This document shows, one piece after another, positions 1 through 13,260 of a stretch of 64,000 nucleotides of DNA. How positions within the stretch are numbered: position 1 is the stretch's first letter; each line of letters opens with the position of its first letter. A program made the position numbers and the translations under genes. The stretch is from Eukaryota sp. GEM-RC1 (lineage: Eukaryota): contig JAUFOQ010000005.1 in assembly GCA_040285855.1 (NCBI GenBank), forward strand, positions 2,046,001 to 2,110,000, given 5' to 3'. The notes under the pieces are model-generated. The model was not told the DNA's origin, ran no database searches, and was given only the letters and a program-made list of their open reading frames with translations.

Positions 1-1732
1 CTGAATTTGTAGACAATGGTGATGATGAGTAAGTTTGTTTCGATCAGTATTTGTGTCTAAATAAATAGCATCACAACTTAGATGCATATTTATTCAAATA
101 TTACAATATTTATTGCAAAATATGGGGTTTGAATAAATAATTAATTTTATCGAATCAAAATATCTTATTTATTTAAACAATTATTAGTTCTCCCTGCTTT
201 ACTCTAATTAACCTAATACTAGCCCTGCCCTAATACTAGCCAAGGAGGGGTAGGCTCGTAAAGTACGTAATACTAGCCCACCTTGTTTGATAGTTTTTTG
301 CTGTCTGTACCAGACTACTACACGTAGTGTAGAATAAATTATGAGTATGGGGTTGATTAAGGGCTATAAAGTAATACAGATACTAATGTAGTATTAAGTT
401 CTCTTGTTTCACAGAAATATATATGTATATCTATATTCGGCACCCAATAAGGTAATCTTCCTACAATCACAGAAATGTTTTTATGGAACGAAAACACTAA
501 GATAAACCAGTACTATAACTCAATAAGATTAAAGCAACAATCATTGCCATTTAAGCTCACATCAGCTTTTTCTTCATAAAAAAAAACAGTGAGAGCTAAT
601 AAAGCTCTTGAAATCATGATAGAAATTGTTTTTCATATTGTAAAACCAATACGATTCAACCAAAAGTTGAAATCAAATTTCTTGTCCATTCTTTTTTCAC
701 CACTGAGGGTTTTTTGGGCCTAGTATTAGGTACATTTGAGTATGTCAGGAAAATTATGAACTACATGTCTAGTAGAATTATTCTAACTGAAGAAATAAAA
801 ATACAAAACTGTTCGGATCAAGAACCCAACTTTAGAACCAGACAGGAACCGGGACTAAAGTTGAAACCGAGACTCGGAAAGTCCTATTTGTAGAAAAAAT
901 ATTTATGAGTAAGTTGAAAACGTCTTGGTTGGATATTGAACATATTTCCCATACGCCTTGCCAGTAACACATGTCATTTGAAAATTTGGTTATGGTATAA
1001 CACTGTAAAAAAACTTCTTATTAAACATTATAGTGAGAGTAGCGTGTTTGATTCTGGGCGTAAAGACCTAAATGTTCTTTTCCTGGATTCATCTTGTTGT
1101 AGTTGATATTACTATTACTGTTGGATCGTTTACAAAAGTCAATGAAGACTGTTGTTGTTTGTAGTTTTATTTATATTTTACATCTTTCTTCCCCTGTATT
1201 TTCTATATTGATGCCTAAAGACAACAGTACTTGTTTTTGAATCACTTAAATCTTCATCTTGAAAAATCCAAACTGCGGAAGTGTTCTAATTATGTAGGGG
1301 CTTTGAGGAAGCTTAATGAATATCTATATAGTTTAAGTTTTCTTCTGTTCCATTTGAATTTTTTGTAATACTGGTCCAGCAGATTGTAAATTTTTCAGCG
1401 ATTTTAGTCTTTGGTTATGTTCTAATGATAAGGTTTTTAAAGGTACTGTATGGATTGATCGAATTATGTTTGCGCTTCAAAGAAGCATTGCCAAGTAGTT
1501 AAGTCCCATTTGTTCGAAGTGATATTGAGAGAATTATCGTATTTATGTGGTTACTTTAATTTCTTTCATGTTCTGAATTAGTGTCTATTGGGGCGGCTCA
1601 TAAATACCGACAAATTCATTTCATAGAAACTGCCGAAAATTGATAACATTGTTTTCATATCCAACCCGCCTATTCTTTAGGAGTCAACCAAAGAAAGCTT
1701 TTAGCAATTAAGATTTTTTTCAGTTATCGTGT

Positions 1733-1915
1733 TTTTATTGACAACAACACTACAGTGTACATACATCTAAAAATCAATATCCTCAAAGTCCAGATTGCCT
1801 AACTGGATATTTTCACCTACATTATCCTCATAATGTCTGCCAAGAGATAATAAAGCGCTGGATACAGAAGTCACCATACCTTTAAAAATAGCAAACGCAG
1901 TTCGACTTTAAAATC
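1733..1915 (-). mobile_element. 5'-truncated 3' end of a non-LTR (CRE-like) retroelement
   Basis: Reverse complement matches about 60620-60806 (ggcaatctggacttcgaggatattga...tgtacactgtagtgttgttgtcaataaa); A-rich tail. Confidence 0.7.
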
Positions 1916-2667
1916 AAAAGTCATATTATGGCCGAATCGGATCGTTTTTACTTTTTTTAAAACAGTTCCCTAATCATCTCCAAAGCTTTAATAGCAGTGA
2001 GTTCCTTTTATGAAGACAAAGCTGTTGTAAGGTTTGATAGCGACCGGTGTTGTTTTAATGATATCAAATTTTAGTTGTTTGAGCTATGACATTTATAATA
2101 AATAATTAAATAATTCAAGTAATTATAATTAAACTCATTTTGTCACATTATTGATGTAAATAAATGGGAAATAATAGGGTACTTTCGAAGTTGTCTTGGT
2201 TTTATGCAAAATAAAACACGTGGACACGGTCAGTCATTCGTGATGAAGTATGGGTGTCGTGTTCTTATAAGTGCCTATCTCAACACGGTACATAGTCGTT
2301 CTCAGACTAATTATCATTGTTCCAAATTAGTCCCACCTCCATGAAAATTTCGCTGTCAGGTAGAGTAGAAAAACATTCATTCGGAATGTCTGCTTGATCT
2401 ACTTCCACAACCATATTAGGATGGGTTTACCAACTAGAAAGATTTGCTACAGTAACCTCATAGCAGAAAAATCGACGTCCTTACTGAATTTCTTGACGTC
2501 CAAACACAAACATCAGTGGAGTTGCTATTCATAGGAAAAAAGCAGAAATTTTGAGGTGGTTCCGTATTTGTATTAGTGAAATATTGTTCTATTGTCTAGG
2601 TATTCTGTTCTATAAAGTGAGACTTATTTCCAATCTAGTTTCAGTTTAAACTTTAAAGTGTTACAAC

Positions 2668-2755
2668 TGATACCTGTTGGTGAAAGAGGTAAGATAAAGG
2701 TGTTTATAAAGTGAAATAATCCTACTTGATACTATACAATTACTTTTGGCTAACA
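2668..2755 (-). repeat. 3' LTR (88 bp)
   Basis: Near-identical to 5917-6004; begins TG and ends CA on both strands. Confidence 0.9.
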
Positions 2756-3350
2756 CTACCTCTTCTCCTCTTTCGAGCTCCTTGTTCTCTTAGCCACAGC
2801 TGTCTTTACGTTAGAGGGTGACTTAGGATTACTCTCACTACTCGAGCTGCGTTTGAGATTATGCTTCTTGTTACTACTATGAAATAAATCTACATTTTCT
2901 AATTTACAAAAATCACTGTAAGCCTTGGTGTTCTTGATGTCCTTGGTGGGAACTGATGAAGTGTCACCACCAAACCAGAGCACAGTACAGTGTTCACCAT
3001 CAGGAGTATTGAACCTGTCAAGGATCCTTACAACAATGTGTTCTTCAGAATTTCCTGAAGCAATTGCTCTGTGGAGATCGTGATCAGATGGTAGATTTGA
3101 TTGAAAGATCTTACATTGATGGATGCTGGTCTTGCCAACATGACCAGTGATCAGATTTTTAGAGATACAGAAGATTTCGAATCACTAGAAATGGTCCATT
3201 GTAATTACCATGGAGTTTACTAGTTTTGGCGACTTTTAACACAAGATCACCATTCTTAAATGATTGACTAGATTCACGTTTCTTCTTAGGCTTGAAATTT
3301 GATTGTCGAACCTCTGCATGTTCTCTCTTTTTGTTAGTCGATCTAGTTTC
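2756..3350 (-). pseudogene. Integrase C-terminal fragment (GPY/F module plus chromodomain-like tail)
   Basis: Manual translation: DLVLKVAKTSKLHGNYNGPFLV ... EEHIVVRILDRFNTPDGEHCTVLWFGGDTSSVPTKDIKNTKAYSDF; stop codon abuts the 3' LTR. Confidence 0.65.
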
Positions 3351-3399
3351 ATTTTAATGTCGTTAATAAAAGGAACATTCTTTTTTGATTGGGGACCAC

Positions 3400-5902
3400 G
3401 ATTTCTAGGTGGGCCATGTCTCATATCACGACGGTTAGCAGGAGGAGCAGCTACAGCAGTAGATCTCATGTAGGTGATCCAAATTCCTTTAACTTCGTTG
3501 AAAAATCGGGGAAGGAGGCTATCATCCGACTTCAGTTTTTGATCCCAACGGACATGAAACTCATTCAGATCAACAATATCCTGTTTAGGGTTGAGAGTGG
3601 CCAAGATGATGTCGGCGACTATTGACGCATGGAAGTGATCCCTATCAGTTGGATCGCTCGAGATGGTGGTAATTGCCATCGAGCACTTTAGAGACCGGAT
3701 TATGTTGCAGAGATAGTTCTAGATGCATTCAAGAGGGTCTTTAGCATTTCCTAGACGGATAGATTTCAGAGCACTTGATGCTGCGGTTGTTGAAGAGAAT
3801 TGGCTTTTGTCGACTAGCAGTCTCCAGATGGATTGTTCTAGGGAAACAGTATCAGTGTCGTCACCACCAATAGCATCCATCATTTTCCAAGTGGACAGGG
3901 TTGTTTGGTCAATGAAACCACTTACTCCTTCTGGGTCCACTTCACAAAGGGCTGTTCTGGCGAAATGAAACCTGTTTTTGGATTTGCCAAGCCACATGTC
4001 GAAGCCTCTGTTAAGCTGGTTGTTTTCTTGTATGGACAGCCCAGTAGCTGAAATCATGTAGGAATTTGACCACCTCAGCACGGATGTCGTTCTTCAAAAA
4101 AGGGCGATGTTTCGAATCTTTCTTTTTTGTTTTTTTTGCTTAGGGAGTAACACCAGATGCAAGGATGGCGGAATCATGGAGACCATTATCAGGGAGTTCA
4201 TTTTCAGATGAAGAACTTTGATTTAAATGATTTTCGATTGGGAGAGGTAAATCATCAATCACAACCGATTGAGCTTCTCTTTTCGCTGACGTTTCTCTTC
4301 GGCAATCAGTCTTTCGGTGGGTTCTTTTTGAGGGCGTAGAAGTTCTTCTTTGGAGATTACCGACGATTCGGTAATATTGTGTCCATAAGCGAAGAATTCT
4401 GGTTTGCGATAAACATTTTCATGTTCCATTCGGGCGACATAACGGGGACAAGCTTTCTTTTGGTCGAATTTAGCGGACGATTGATCATTACGAGATCTAA
4501 AACCGAACGAATCAATTGACAACCTGTCAACAACTTCAGGATGTTCCATTTCACCTGGAGCAAAGGGGGTAAGTCGTTGAGTTCGGCTTAGATCGTCTTG
4601 TTTTGGAGTGTCAGTTGCATTCTCACTTAGAGCACCAGCTGCAAGTGGGAGAACTCTCTGAGAGCCACCAATACCTTGAAAAGGTATGATTCGAGTGGAC
4701 TTAACATTAGGGACACGAGTAGTCGAGTTTCCGTTTTGGAACGTCGAAACCGGTAAGTGACTGTAATTGTGATTGGGGGACAACCACTCAGTACTTATGG
4801 CCACGTTGTGATAAATCTGCGACTGGTTATTCAAACAGTGCTGATATCACGCAGTGTACTCGTACATTACAGACATACCATCAGCGTCATACTTTGGCTC
4901 AAGAGATTCAATGATGATCCCATGACGAGGATCCCAAAAACTGACAGCTGGGTACCCGTAAGTGTCTTCAGACTCTCTGTTGTACCAACTTTCTAGAAAT
5001 TGTTCAATAACTTCAGGTGAGGTACCAAGTGGAACGTTGCGCAGAAGATAATGCCTACCTTCTGGCATACATTTCCTGAGTACTGGGTGCCAAGGACGGA
5101 ACTTTGCTAGGTGCCACATTTCAGAGTCAGAGATTGCAACGGTCTGATCATGTGGACTTACCCAAGGAATTCGATTATCAGGGATGGCATCAGGGTGGAA
5201 ACCCATACCAATACTCCCGACTTGTCTTTGCACTTCACGAGCACAGTCTTCAGCAGACATTTGCATTCGTTGAAGGTTATGTTCCTGTTCAGCAAAAAGT
5301 TTGTTGCTAACTTCTGCACCCATGGTTTTACTCTTAGCTAAGGATTATTCTAGAAGACGAATTGCCTTTGCTACTTCAGCTGATCTCACAGGAGAAGCTG
5401 GAATACTGTCCGATACATTATCTTTATTATCTAAAACTACACTATTTTGAAAAGAGGGACAAAGAGGAGTACCTTGTGAGGATACATGAGGAGTGGAGGA
5501 AACCATTTCCTGGTTAGTTTCGGCTGAAAAAGTGGTAGCGTAATGTTGCTGGTAACCTCTAGGAGGTCTAAACTTGTTCAGCAAAGACTCGATGTCAAAG
5601 ACTGAGGAAGTAGAGCCTCCTTGACTGCCGCCTTCCGTATTGGATGGGGGTCTTAGGTCCTCCGGGTGGCCGATTTCCGTAAAGGATGGGGGTCTTATAC
5701 CAGTCCTATCTTTGCCTTCCGAAGATGGGAGAGAAGGACTTCCGCCTTCCGTATTGGATGAGGGACTTCGGTTGCCTGACGGATCAGGGCTTACACCGGA
5801 TGACGAAGAAGAAGATGAGCAGGAGCTATCAGAAGCATACTCCGATGAGCTGACTTCCTCAACTTGAGGCCTAGAGTTAATGTCTTGTCGTCTTTTCACC
5901 AT
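3400..5902 (-). pseudogene. Degraded gag-like ORF of the LTR element
   Basis: ORFs 5345-5902, 4847-5323 and 4259-4834 are joined by single in-frame stops (TAA at 5345, TGA at 4847), followed by further fragments. Ser-rich N-terminus starts just inside the 5' LTR. Gag identity is inferred from position. Confidence 0.55.
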
Positions 5903-5916
5903 AAGACAATAGTTAT

Positions 5917-6004
5917 TGATACCTGTTGGTGAAAGAGGTAAGATAAAGGTGTTTATAAAGTGAAATAATTCTACTTGATACTATACAATTACCTTTGGCT
6001 AACA
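5917..6004 (-). repeat. 5' LTR (88 bp)
   Basis: Near-identical to 2668-2755. Confidence 0.9.
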
Positions 6005-6752
6005 CAACATGGGAAATAGTCTAAGTTAGACCAATTTCCGATACAGACTAATTACCATGAAGTAGCCAAACAATAATATCCTCCAATATCTGGAAAGGAG
6101 GTGGCTAGGGAAGGGGGGAAGATCAGGAAGTATAGATGAAAGCAGATACAGAACCAAAGAGCATTTACTGTACCAGTATTTGCCAACAAATAGTCTGCCT
6201 TGTTTCAGTCTTGCTTGGTCGGAAACAACATACATGAAATAACACTTGTCATATTGAGTCAAACGTGAGTAGACAGTCGTGCTTTATGTGTCAACCCAGA
6301 CTATAAAAACGCTAAAAGAAAGTCGTTTTTTTCTGTCAAATGTCAACCCTGTTTTTGGAATGTTTCTAAAAAAAGCAACATTGTCCGTGTCCAAACGTGT
6401 CCACGCGTGTTTTCGAACACTGCTTGGAGATGCTTTAACCCAACACAGCTTCAGTCAATGTATCACTATGTGCTGGTCTAACGTCATGATAACACCTACT
6501 TCGATGGAATGGATAGCTTTGCAAGTCGAAATTTAACCATCGTCAAAAATGCCAGTTCAAAGAACTTGTGAAGATCTTGATTGTGAGGAGTTCAAGACAT
6601 CCGAAAATCACACAAAAAAGATTATTAATACGTGATGTTGAAATATACTTACGTTTAACAGCGGTCATCGAAAACCCAATCAGATGTACAAGTACTTTCA
6701 CGCAATTTAAATTTTCAACACGCAAAAAACAAAAAACATTTAATATCGAAAG

Positions 6753-8183
6753 CTAATTAATCATATTCAGTCTACTAACTCCCTCTAATCTAAGTCTAGG
6801 ACTAACTTTCAACGCCTCTGCCAAAACCCTAACACCTTCATCTCCAATAGAGTTGTAACCCAGATTAACGCTTGTAACTGAAGTATTAACTATTAACGCC
6901 TCTGCTAAAGCTATGGCACCTTGATCTCCAATAGAGTTGTAATCCAGATAAATACTTGTAACAGAAGCATTAACTTTCAACGCCTCTGCCAAAGCTATGG
7001 CACCTTGATCTCCAATAGAGTCGAGTCTCAGATCAACACCAGTTACTGAAGACTTAACTTTCAACGCCTCTGCCAAAGCTCTAGCACCTTCATCCCCAAT
7101 AGAGTTGTTACACAGACTAATACTTGTAACAGAAGCATTAACTTTCAATGCATCTGCCACAGCTCTAGCACCGTCAGCTCCAATAGAGTTTCCACCCAGA
7201 TTAACACTTGTAACTGAACCATTAACTTTCAATGCATCTGCCAAAGCTCTGGCACCTTCATCTCTGATAGTGTTGCTATCCAGATTAATACTGGTAATTG
7301 AAGCATTAACTTTCAATACATCTGCCAAAGCTCTGGCACCTTCATCTCCAATGGAGTTTCCACCTAGATCAATACTGGTAATTGAAGCATTAACTTTCAA
7401 TGCATCTGCCAAAGCTCTGGCACCTTCATTTCCAATGGAGTTTCCACCTAGATCAATACTGGTAATTGAAGCATTAACTTTCAATACATCTGCCAAAGCT
7501 CTGGCACCTTCGGCTCCAATAGAGTTTACACCTAGATTAACACCTGTAACTGAAGAATTAACTTTCAAAGCTTCAATCAATAACATAGATACAGAGGAGC
7601 GTTGAAATACTTCTACTTCTAGTTGCTTAAGACGTGGAAATAAAGAAGAGGGTTTGTTTAGAAATTCTATATCAGAGGGTTCCATTTCTAGGATTGCTAA
7701 TCCTGTAATTATACCAGAATAATTAAGAAATTTCTCAATTTCTAAGGTTCCGTAAGTGTACAAGAAAACAGATTGTAGATCTGCTCCAACGAACGAAGCA
7801 AGTGAAACTAGTGTGGGAAGGTGTTCAAGATCAGTATGAAAGGTGTGTAAATGAAAATACACTTTAACTGCTTGCAATGACGAATCAAGGAAATGATTAC
7901 TTATATAGCCAAACTGTCCAAAGAATGCAGGTAATGCTGTTTTCAAACCAGTGAGTTGACGATCAGTTCGATGGTGATAATTTTCAAGAGTATCCTTGAG
8001 TAGACGTCTCAGCAAGTTAAGATGGACCAGAATCAACAAAGTATGCTGCACACGGACACGTTTAGAGGGAGGATGTGTGGATGAAGACAATGCAGACGGT
8101 TCCTCACAGTTAGAGATCACATGGGAGACACTGGAAGGGGATGAACGCCTGCTTTGGAGAGATCCAGGACGAGGTGTGGTCAT
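6753..8183 (-). CDS. Leucine-rich repeat protein, 28-aa RI-like/NLRC3-like LRRs with a family-specific N-terminal domain
   Basis: About 9 repeats of ALAxALKVNxSxTSxxLxxNSIGDEGA; intact 476-aa ORF. Confidence 0.9.
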   Translation of the reverse strand: MTTPRPGSLQSRRSSPSSVSHVISNCEEPSALSSSTHPPSKRVRVQHTLLILVHLNLLRRLLKDTLENYHHRTDRQLTGLKTALPAFFGQFGYISNHFLDSSLQAVKVYFHLHTFHTDLEHLPTLVSLASFVGADLQSVFLYTYGTLEIEKFLNYSGIITGLAILEMEPSDIEFLNKPSSLFPRLKQLEVEVFQRSSVSMLLIEALKVNSSVTGVNLGVNSIGAEGARALADVLKVNASITSIDLGGNSIGNEGARALADALKVNASITSIDLGGNSIGDEGARALADVLKVNASITSINLDSNTIRDEGARALADALKVNGSVTSVNLGGNSIGADGARAVADALKVNASVTSISLCNNSIGDEGARALAEALKVKSSVTGVDLRLDSIGDQGAIALAEALKVNASVTSIYLDYNSIGDQGAIALAEALIVNTSVTSVNLGYNSIGDEGVRVLAEALKVSPRLRLEGVSRLNMIN

Positions 8184-8545
8184 TGATTAAGAAAAAGTCC
8201 AGTCTTCATTCTAATATTTTCGATATCCAACCAAGTTAGTAGATATTACGTAAATGAAGACATATCGATATATCCCAGTATTATTCGTTTGTAAGCATAC
8301 CTGTAAATTACAATTTTCTGTATTTTCTGTATTTTCTGTATTTGTATTTTGTTCAACTCTTGTATTTTCCAGGTATGTTTGCAAGTGCAAATCTGTTCTC
8401 ATAAACCTCCTTACACTTCATCAATGAGCAAATATGCACAACTCCATGTTCACTTCATTGTTCTAGAAGAAGGTGCACCAAGACCTGATGGTAGCTTGAC
8501 TCAAAATTACAATCCTACTTCTACCTGAAATTCCTTCATTCATCA

Positions 8546-9162
8546 ATGTCCAAAAAAAGATCACACATGACACTTGTTGTCGATTTCTTTTCCTCTCAGG
8601 CAGCAATGTCTCTTAAACTTGTCCTTCTACAACTCCTGTTGCTCCTGATAGGGGTATTTGGGTGTGCCCTATCTGTGCTTGCTTTCTTTTCTCCCATAAA
8701 ACTCCTCAATTTCATTGGTTTCTGGGTGCTTTCTGTTATTTGTCTTCTTCTCAAACCACACTATCCAAACATCACCCTTATGTTATTTTCCGAGTCGTCT
8801 CCTTCAAAGCATGTCTCATACACTGCTTACATCTTGATTGCTGCATCAATCCCCTTCTTTTCATCATGTTGTGTCACTTTCATCTATATCTCCTTACCTT
8901 TCCCCCTTCCCTAGCCACCTCCTTTCCAGATGTTGAAGGATACTATTGTTTGTCTACTACTCCATCAACTATTTGCAGGTTATATACTGATATTAGTTGG
9001 AACTTTTCATTTGAGCCACTTATTTTAAATTTTATGTTTTTTATGGGGTTATTGTCCTCCTTTGTGTTCATTCCTCTGTACATTGCTGTGGTTGGTTCTT
9101 TTATACAATCGCTTCATAAAATGACGTCACCAGACTTTTTTGAAGAAGATACAAGTTTTTAA
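8546..9162 (+). CDS. Small multi-pass membrane protein with one frame break (start may be ATG 8606)
   Basis: Overlapping hydrophobic ORFs 8546-8914 and 8662-9162. They join by a -1 shift at TTC TTT T (8855-8861) or, alternatively, via a 44-47 nt GT..TAG intron ending at 8914. Confidence 0.5.
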
Positions 9163-9209
9163 AACATCTTATTCTATTTCCTTTTGTTTCTCATCCAGCA
9201 TGTGTTCAA

Positions 9210-9704
9210 ATGTCTCTTTCAGTTTCATCTTATATGCTGGTGTCGTTAAACATGTCAGTCATTGGATCTTTACATTCGCGTCATGTCACGTCATTGTTGA
9301 CCCTCTTGATTGGTGGTTTTATCCTTCTTAAGTGGGTACAATGGAAGGATATGATTTCAATTAACGCCAAAAAAGGAGTTGAACGGTTGTATGTGCTTTA
9401 CTTTATTTCAAATCTTGGTGTTTCATGGTTTTTCATTTCAGAATATATTGGAAGATTCGTTTTATTTACAGTCAATGTACTTTTCGATCATTGTTGGAAT
9501 GATTTGTGTCACTTTTCTTTCAAAGAATATGCTTTTGGCGATAATATTTTAGCATTGATCTTGACAGTAATTGTTGTATTTACAGCTTTTGTCTGTTTTT
9601 TAATTTACTCTCAAATTTTTAAATTTGTGACCAAATGTTGGTCTGATTATAAGAATTTCGTAGAAAATCAACCTGACGAGCAACAAATTCCCACATATAC
9701 TTAG
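9210..9704 (+). CDS. Small multi-pass membrane protein
   Basis: 164-aa ORF with 3-4 hydrophobic segments, in tandem with the 8546 gene. Confidence 0.55.
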   Translation: MSLSVSSYMLVSLNMSVIGSLHSRHVTSLLTLLIGGFILLKWVQWKDMISINAKKGVERLYVLYFISNLGVSWFFISEYIGRFVLFTVNVLFDHCWNDLCHFSFKEYAFGDNILALILTVIVVFTAFVCFLIYSQIFKFVTKCWSDYKNFVENQPDEQQIPTYT

Positions 9705-10458
9705 CAGTTTGAAAAAAGTTGTTAAAATTGAAGGAATTCTACTTAATAGTACAGACAAATTTCTTACACCAATTCCACACAGTCAATATTCCCCAATTTT
9801 TCTTTCTTACATGGTAAGGTCTCATTGCTTCTGTTTCTCACTTCAAACCTTATTATTGGTGATCTTTTTTCTTGATTTTTGTTGTACTGGTAATCCTAAC
9901 CATAACAAGTACTTAACCCAATTGAATCAGTCAAACTTGTTTTTTTGAAACGAGCATTTGTTTGGGTTGTAATGATAGGTCTTTTTATATAGAGATGGCA
10001 GCGGACTGATCCACAGTGTTAAATAATTCTAGCTCCAAGACTTTTTTTGTGGTCGGCTCGAGGAGATTACTTTATGTCCTTCAAACACAACTGGCCCCAC
10101 TTTTCATTGATTTTAATAAGTACTTCATATTTGACCTTGAATTTATTCTGAAAAGTAGTCATTTCATGGAACACTCTGTAACTGTTGTGAATCAAGTCTT
10201 TATGAAGGCTGTTATCGTTACATCACTTTCAGCTTCTTTGTTGACTCACTATGAAAGTTACTAAAGCATCGAACGAGCGCTTGATCTAGAACATCAGAAA
10301 GATGAAAGCCAAACCGACAGTATTACAAAATACTCACTGTCGTTGTCAGTGATTTTTACAAATACATGGTCACTTAGTTAGCTATTAAATTGTGGAAGAT
10401 ATGAGCGAAATAGAGGTTTTCCTCTAGCCGTTCATCCTCTTCCTGTATCTCCTCTGAG

Positions 10459-11450
10459 ATGTCTAACTGTGACGCACTGTCTACATTGTCTTCAACCACA
10501 GATTCTCCATCTAAACGTGTCCGTGTTCAGCAGACCTTGGTGATTCTGATTCATATTAACTTGCTGAAACGTCTTCTCAACCGTACTTTAGAAAATATTC
10601 ATGGTCGAACTCAGACTCAACTCAATGATTTAAGAAGAGTTTTACCTACATTCTTTGAACAAGCTGGCTATGTAAGTAGTCACTTCCTTGATTCTTCATT
10701 CCAAGCACTTAAAGTGTATTTTGTAGTACACACTTTTCGTGCTCATTGTTATGTCATTCCCAAACTAGTTTCACTTGCTTCTTTCTTTGGAGCAGATCTA
10801 CAATCTGTTTTCTTGGACGTTTACGGAATTTTTGAAATTGAGAAGTTTCTTAATTATTCTGGTATAATTACAGGATTGAGAATCGAACTAAGGGAACCCT
10901 CTGATTTAGAGTTTCTAAACAAATCTTCTTCTTTTTTACACGTCTTAAGCAGCTAGAAGTAAAAGTGTTCCAACGCACCTCTGTATCTATGTTATTGATT
11001 GAAGCTTTGAAAACCAAAACTACAGTTACAAGTGTTAATCTGTTGGACAGCGCTATTGGAGCTGAAGGTGCCAGAGCATTGGCAAAGGCGTTGAAAGTGA
11101 ATGCTTCAGTTACAAGTGTTAATCTGGATTACAACTCTATTGGAGATGAAGGTGCCAAAGCTTTGTCAGAGGCTTTGAAAGTTAATACTTCAGTTACAAG
11201 TATTTATCTCTGTGGAAACTCTATTAACGATGAATGTATTAGAGCTTTGGCAGAAGTGTTGAAGGTTAATACTTCAGTTACAACTGTTTATCTGGGTGGA
11301 AAGTTTATTAACTTTGAATGTGCCAGTGCTTTGTCAGAAGCGATGAAGGTTAATACTTCAGTTACAACTGTTTATCTGCGTGGAAACTTTATTGAATATG
11401 AAGGTGTCAGAGCTTTGGTAAATTCGATGAAAGTTGATGATGATTTTTGA
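10459..11450 (+). pseudogene. LRR (RI-like/NLRC3-like) paralogue, frameshifted, with truncated 5' end
   Basis: ORFs 10459-10956 and 10965-11450 align to the 6753 and 14659 paralogues; one base is missing in the T run at 10932-10937 (paralogues read SLFPRLKQLE). Confidence 0.8.
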
Positions 11451-12199
11451 CGTAGTTTTCCAGTTCTGAATAATATCCGACTTTAGAGTGATATTTATGA
11501 GAACAAGAAACCCTCACTTCATCACGAATGACTGATTGTAAAAGAATAGAATAATTGAAATTAATTAAATGATAGAAAACACGTTTTACACCATGTGAGC
11601 ATGTTCAATATTTAAATAAATTTACAATTCATATTGCCAGTCAACATTTGGATGTGACCAATTTGTATAGAAATGACTAAACCAACTGAACTAGGAATGT
11701 TAATTAGTTCAGTTTATAAAATTGAATCACAAGTGCAATCAATCAAATGATTGGACCAAATGATTTCTTCGATGAATATCACAATACTCTCAATCTGATT
11801 TCCTAACAGTATACTATTGTTTGAAAGGCTTACCCAAACGGAGAGTTATTTGAACAATTTCATAAGAATATAAAATATATGCTTTGAGACTCAGTATTAG
11901 TTCCTGAAACTGTGAAAATGATGAGCTGAGAATTCATTGTGTCATTTAGCTTGATATATGAAACAACGATATTAAAATATATTTTTGCTCACTCAATGAC
12001 CTCGCTCTATGAGTTTGCATTTGTCTATTGAAGCATAAAAATTAAATAAGCGCTTACGGTTGGGTTTGCTTCCTGCTGAATTGCTCGACAATTCTGAATG
12101 TGTGGTCACCATCGTCGTACTGCAACGTTTAGTCCTGTAACAAATCCATAAATAACTGTTTAGGTGTTACAGATTGCCTACACTGGCATTTGAAAATAT

Positions 12200-13260
12200 A
12201 GGGAACATTAACAGACCAAATTCGTAACCGTAATCTCATGTTTAATGACCCAGAGTTATCATCAAGAAAGAAACCGTAAACTTGAGGGATTTGAGTAATC
12301 AGACATCAATCAGAGCTATTGGAAACGTTTATCAAAAAATTGTAAAAACGGGAATTTTTTTCCTATCGTGCCAATTCGAACATTTCAATCCAGGCTTTCA
12401 AAAAATATTTATTAGTTTATGTTCTACTTTTTCAAACAAACCCGAAGAATCGTCAAACATCTTGCAGGCTTTTCCAACACCGATTCTGGGAAACATTGAG
12501 ACGAAACGTCAAACGGTAATTTGATTAATGCTTCGTTAAAGTCAAATACATTTTTGTAAGATTTTGTGTTACTAAGTGAAGTATTATCGGGACATCGATG
12601 ATGAAGTTCAACAAAAGGTTGAATCCACACCGTACAATGGCAAATTTGTTAAGAATTCACGACGTGAAAAAACGCACCACCACCAAACTGAGGTAAAGTA
12701 AACAAATGACTTCTAAGCAAAGTTGCAATAAACTTAATTCTCAATGCATTAAATTTCGAATCATCAAGAGTCGCAAAAGATGAAACTTTTGAAATTGAAA
12801 AAATTAAAATTCTTCCTAGTTAAACTTTGTTATTCTGGAAAAATTACTCAGCTTTTAAGGTCCCTTGCTCCTGAGTTATCGTATGATTTCTGTAGAGCTT
12901 TTAACAGAATTCGCACTCACTTTCTTTCACTTCTTCTTCAAGTCAACATCAACTGTTGAAAGGACCACACATTTTCCAGTACACATCTTGGAGGTTTGGG
13001 ATTTACATCTTCTAATTAATGAACTGAATTAGCAATCATTGGAGGTGGAAAGAATTTTGTTTTCGAGTTTTGTGTTAGATAATCATCAAGAACTTTTCTT
13101 CTTGAAAGTATTTGTAGCTTCTATATCAATCATCTTCGTGGTGAAATAGCAAATCTTTCTCCTGAGTAATGGCTGTCTTGTTTTGGTGGTGACATCAAAG
13201 ACATTCCATATCGAAACATTTTGTCTTTATAATTTGCTTTAAACAACTACAATATTTTTA
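12200..13260. mobile_element. Degraded non-LTR retroelement fragments in both orientations
   Basis: 12200-12545 is a reverse-complement match to about 60045-60365 (FDFNEALIKLPFDV.SQCFPES); downstream decayed sequence has a GGLG-like motif. Confidence 0.6.

Larger units (their letters stand above)
2668..6004 (-). mobile_element. Internally deleted Ty3/gypsy-like LTR retrotransposon with 88-bp LTRs and CAAC target-site duplication
   Basis: Direct repeats 2668-2755 and 5917-6004 (TG...CA termini, 2 mismatches). CAAC at 2664-2667 and 6005-6008. Polypurine tract GAAAGAGGAGAAGAGG next to the 3' LTR on the minus strand. Integrase C-terminal GPY/F motif (KLHGNYNGPFLV) near 3185-3220. No RT/RNaseH motif seen. 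Confidence 0.9.

Noticed and set aside
210..733. TAATACTAGCC repeats with an inverted copy near 716-733 as a transposon
   Set aside because: Boundaries and TSD could not be fixed, and the element may extend outside the window
5905..5916. Tf1-style self-priming PBS
   Set aside because: No convincing complement to ATAACTATTG found within the LTR
2214..6414. Inverted aaaacacgtggacacg motifs flanking the LTR element as TIRs of a host transposon
   Set aside because: Short, imperfect match with no TSD found
7105..7605. Antisense repetitive ORFs (also 14534-14920 and the many short plus-strand ORFs over the giant gene)
   Set aside because: Shadows of the repetitive coding strand with no independent signal
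8312..8350. (ATTTTCTGT)n repeat and ORF 8211-8402
   Set aside because: Simple-sequence repeat; the ORF is a low-complexity artefact
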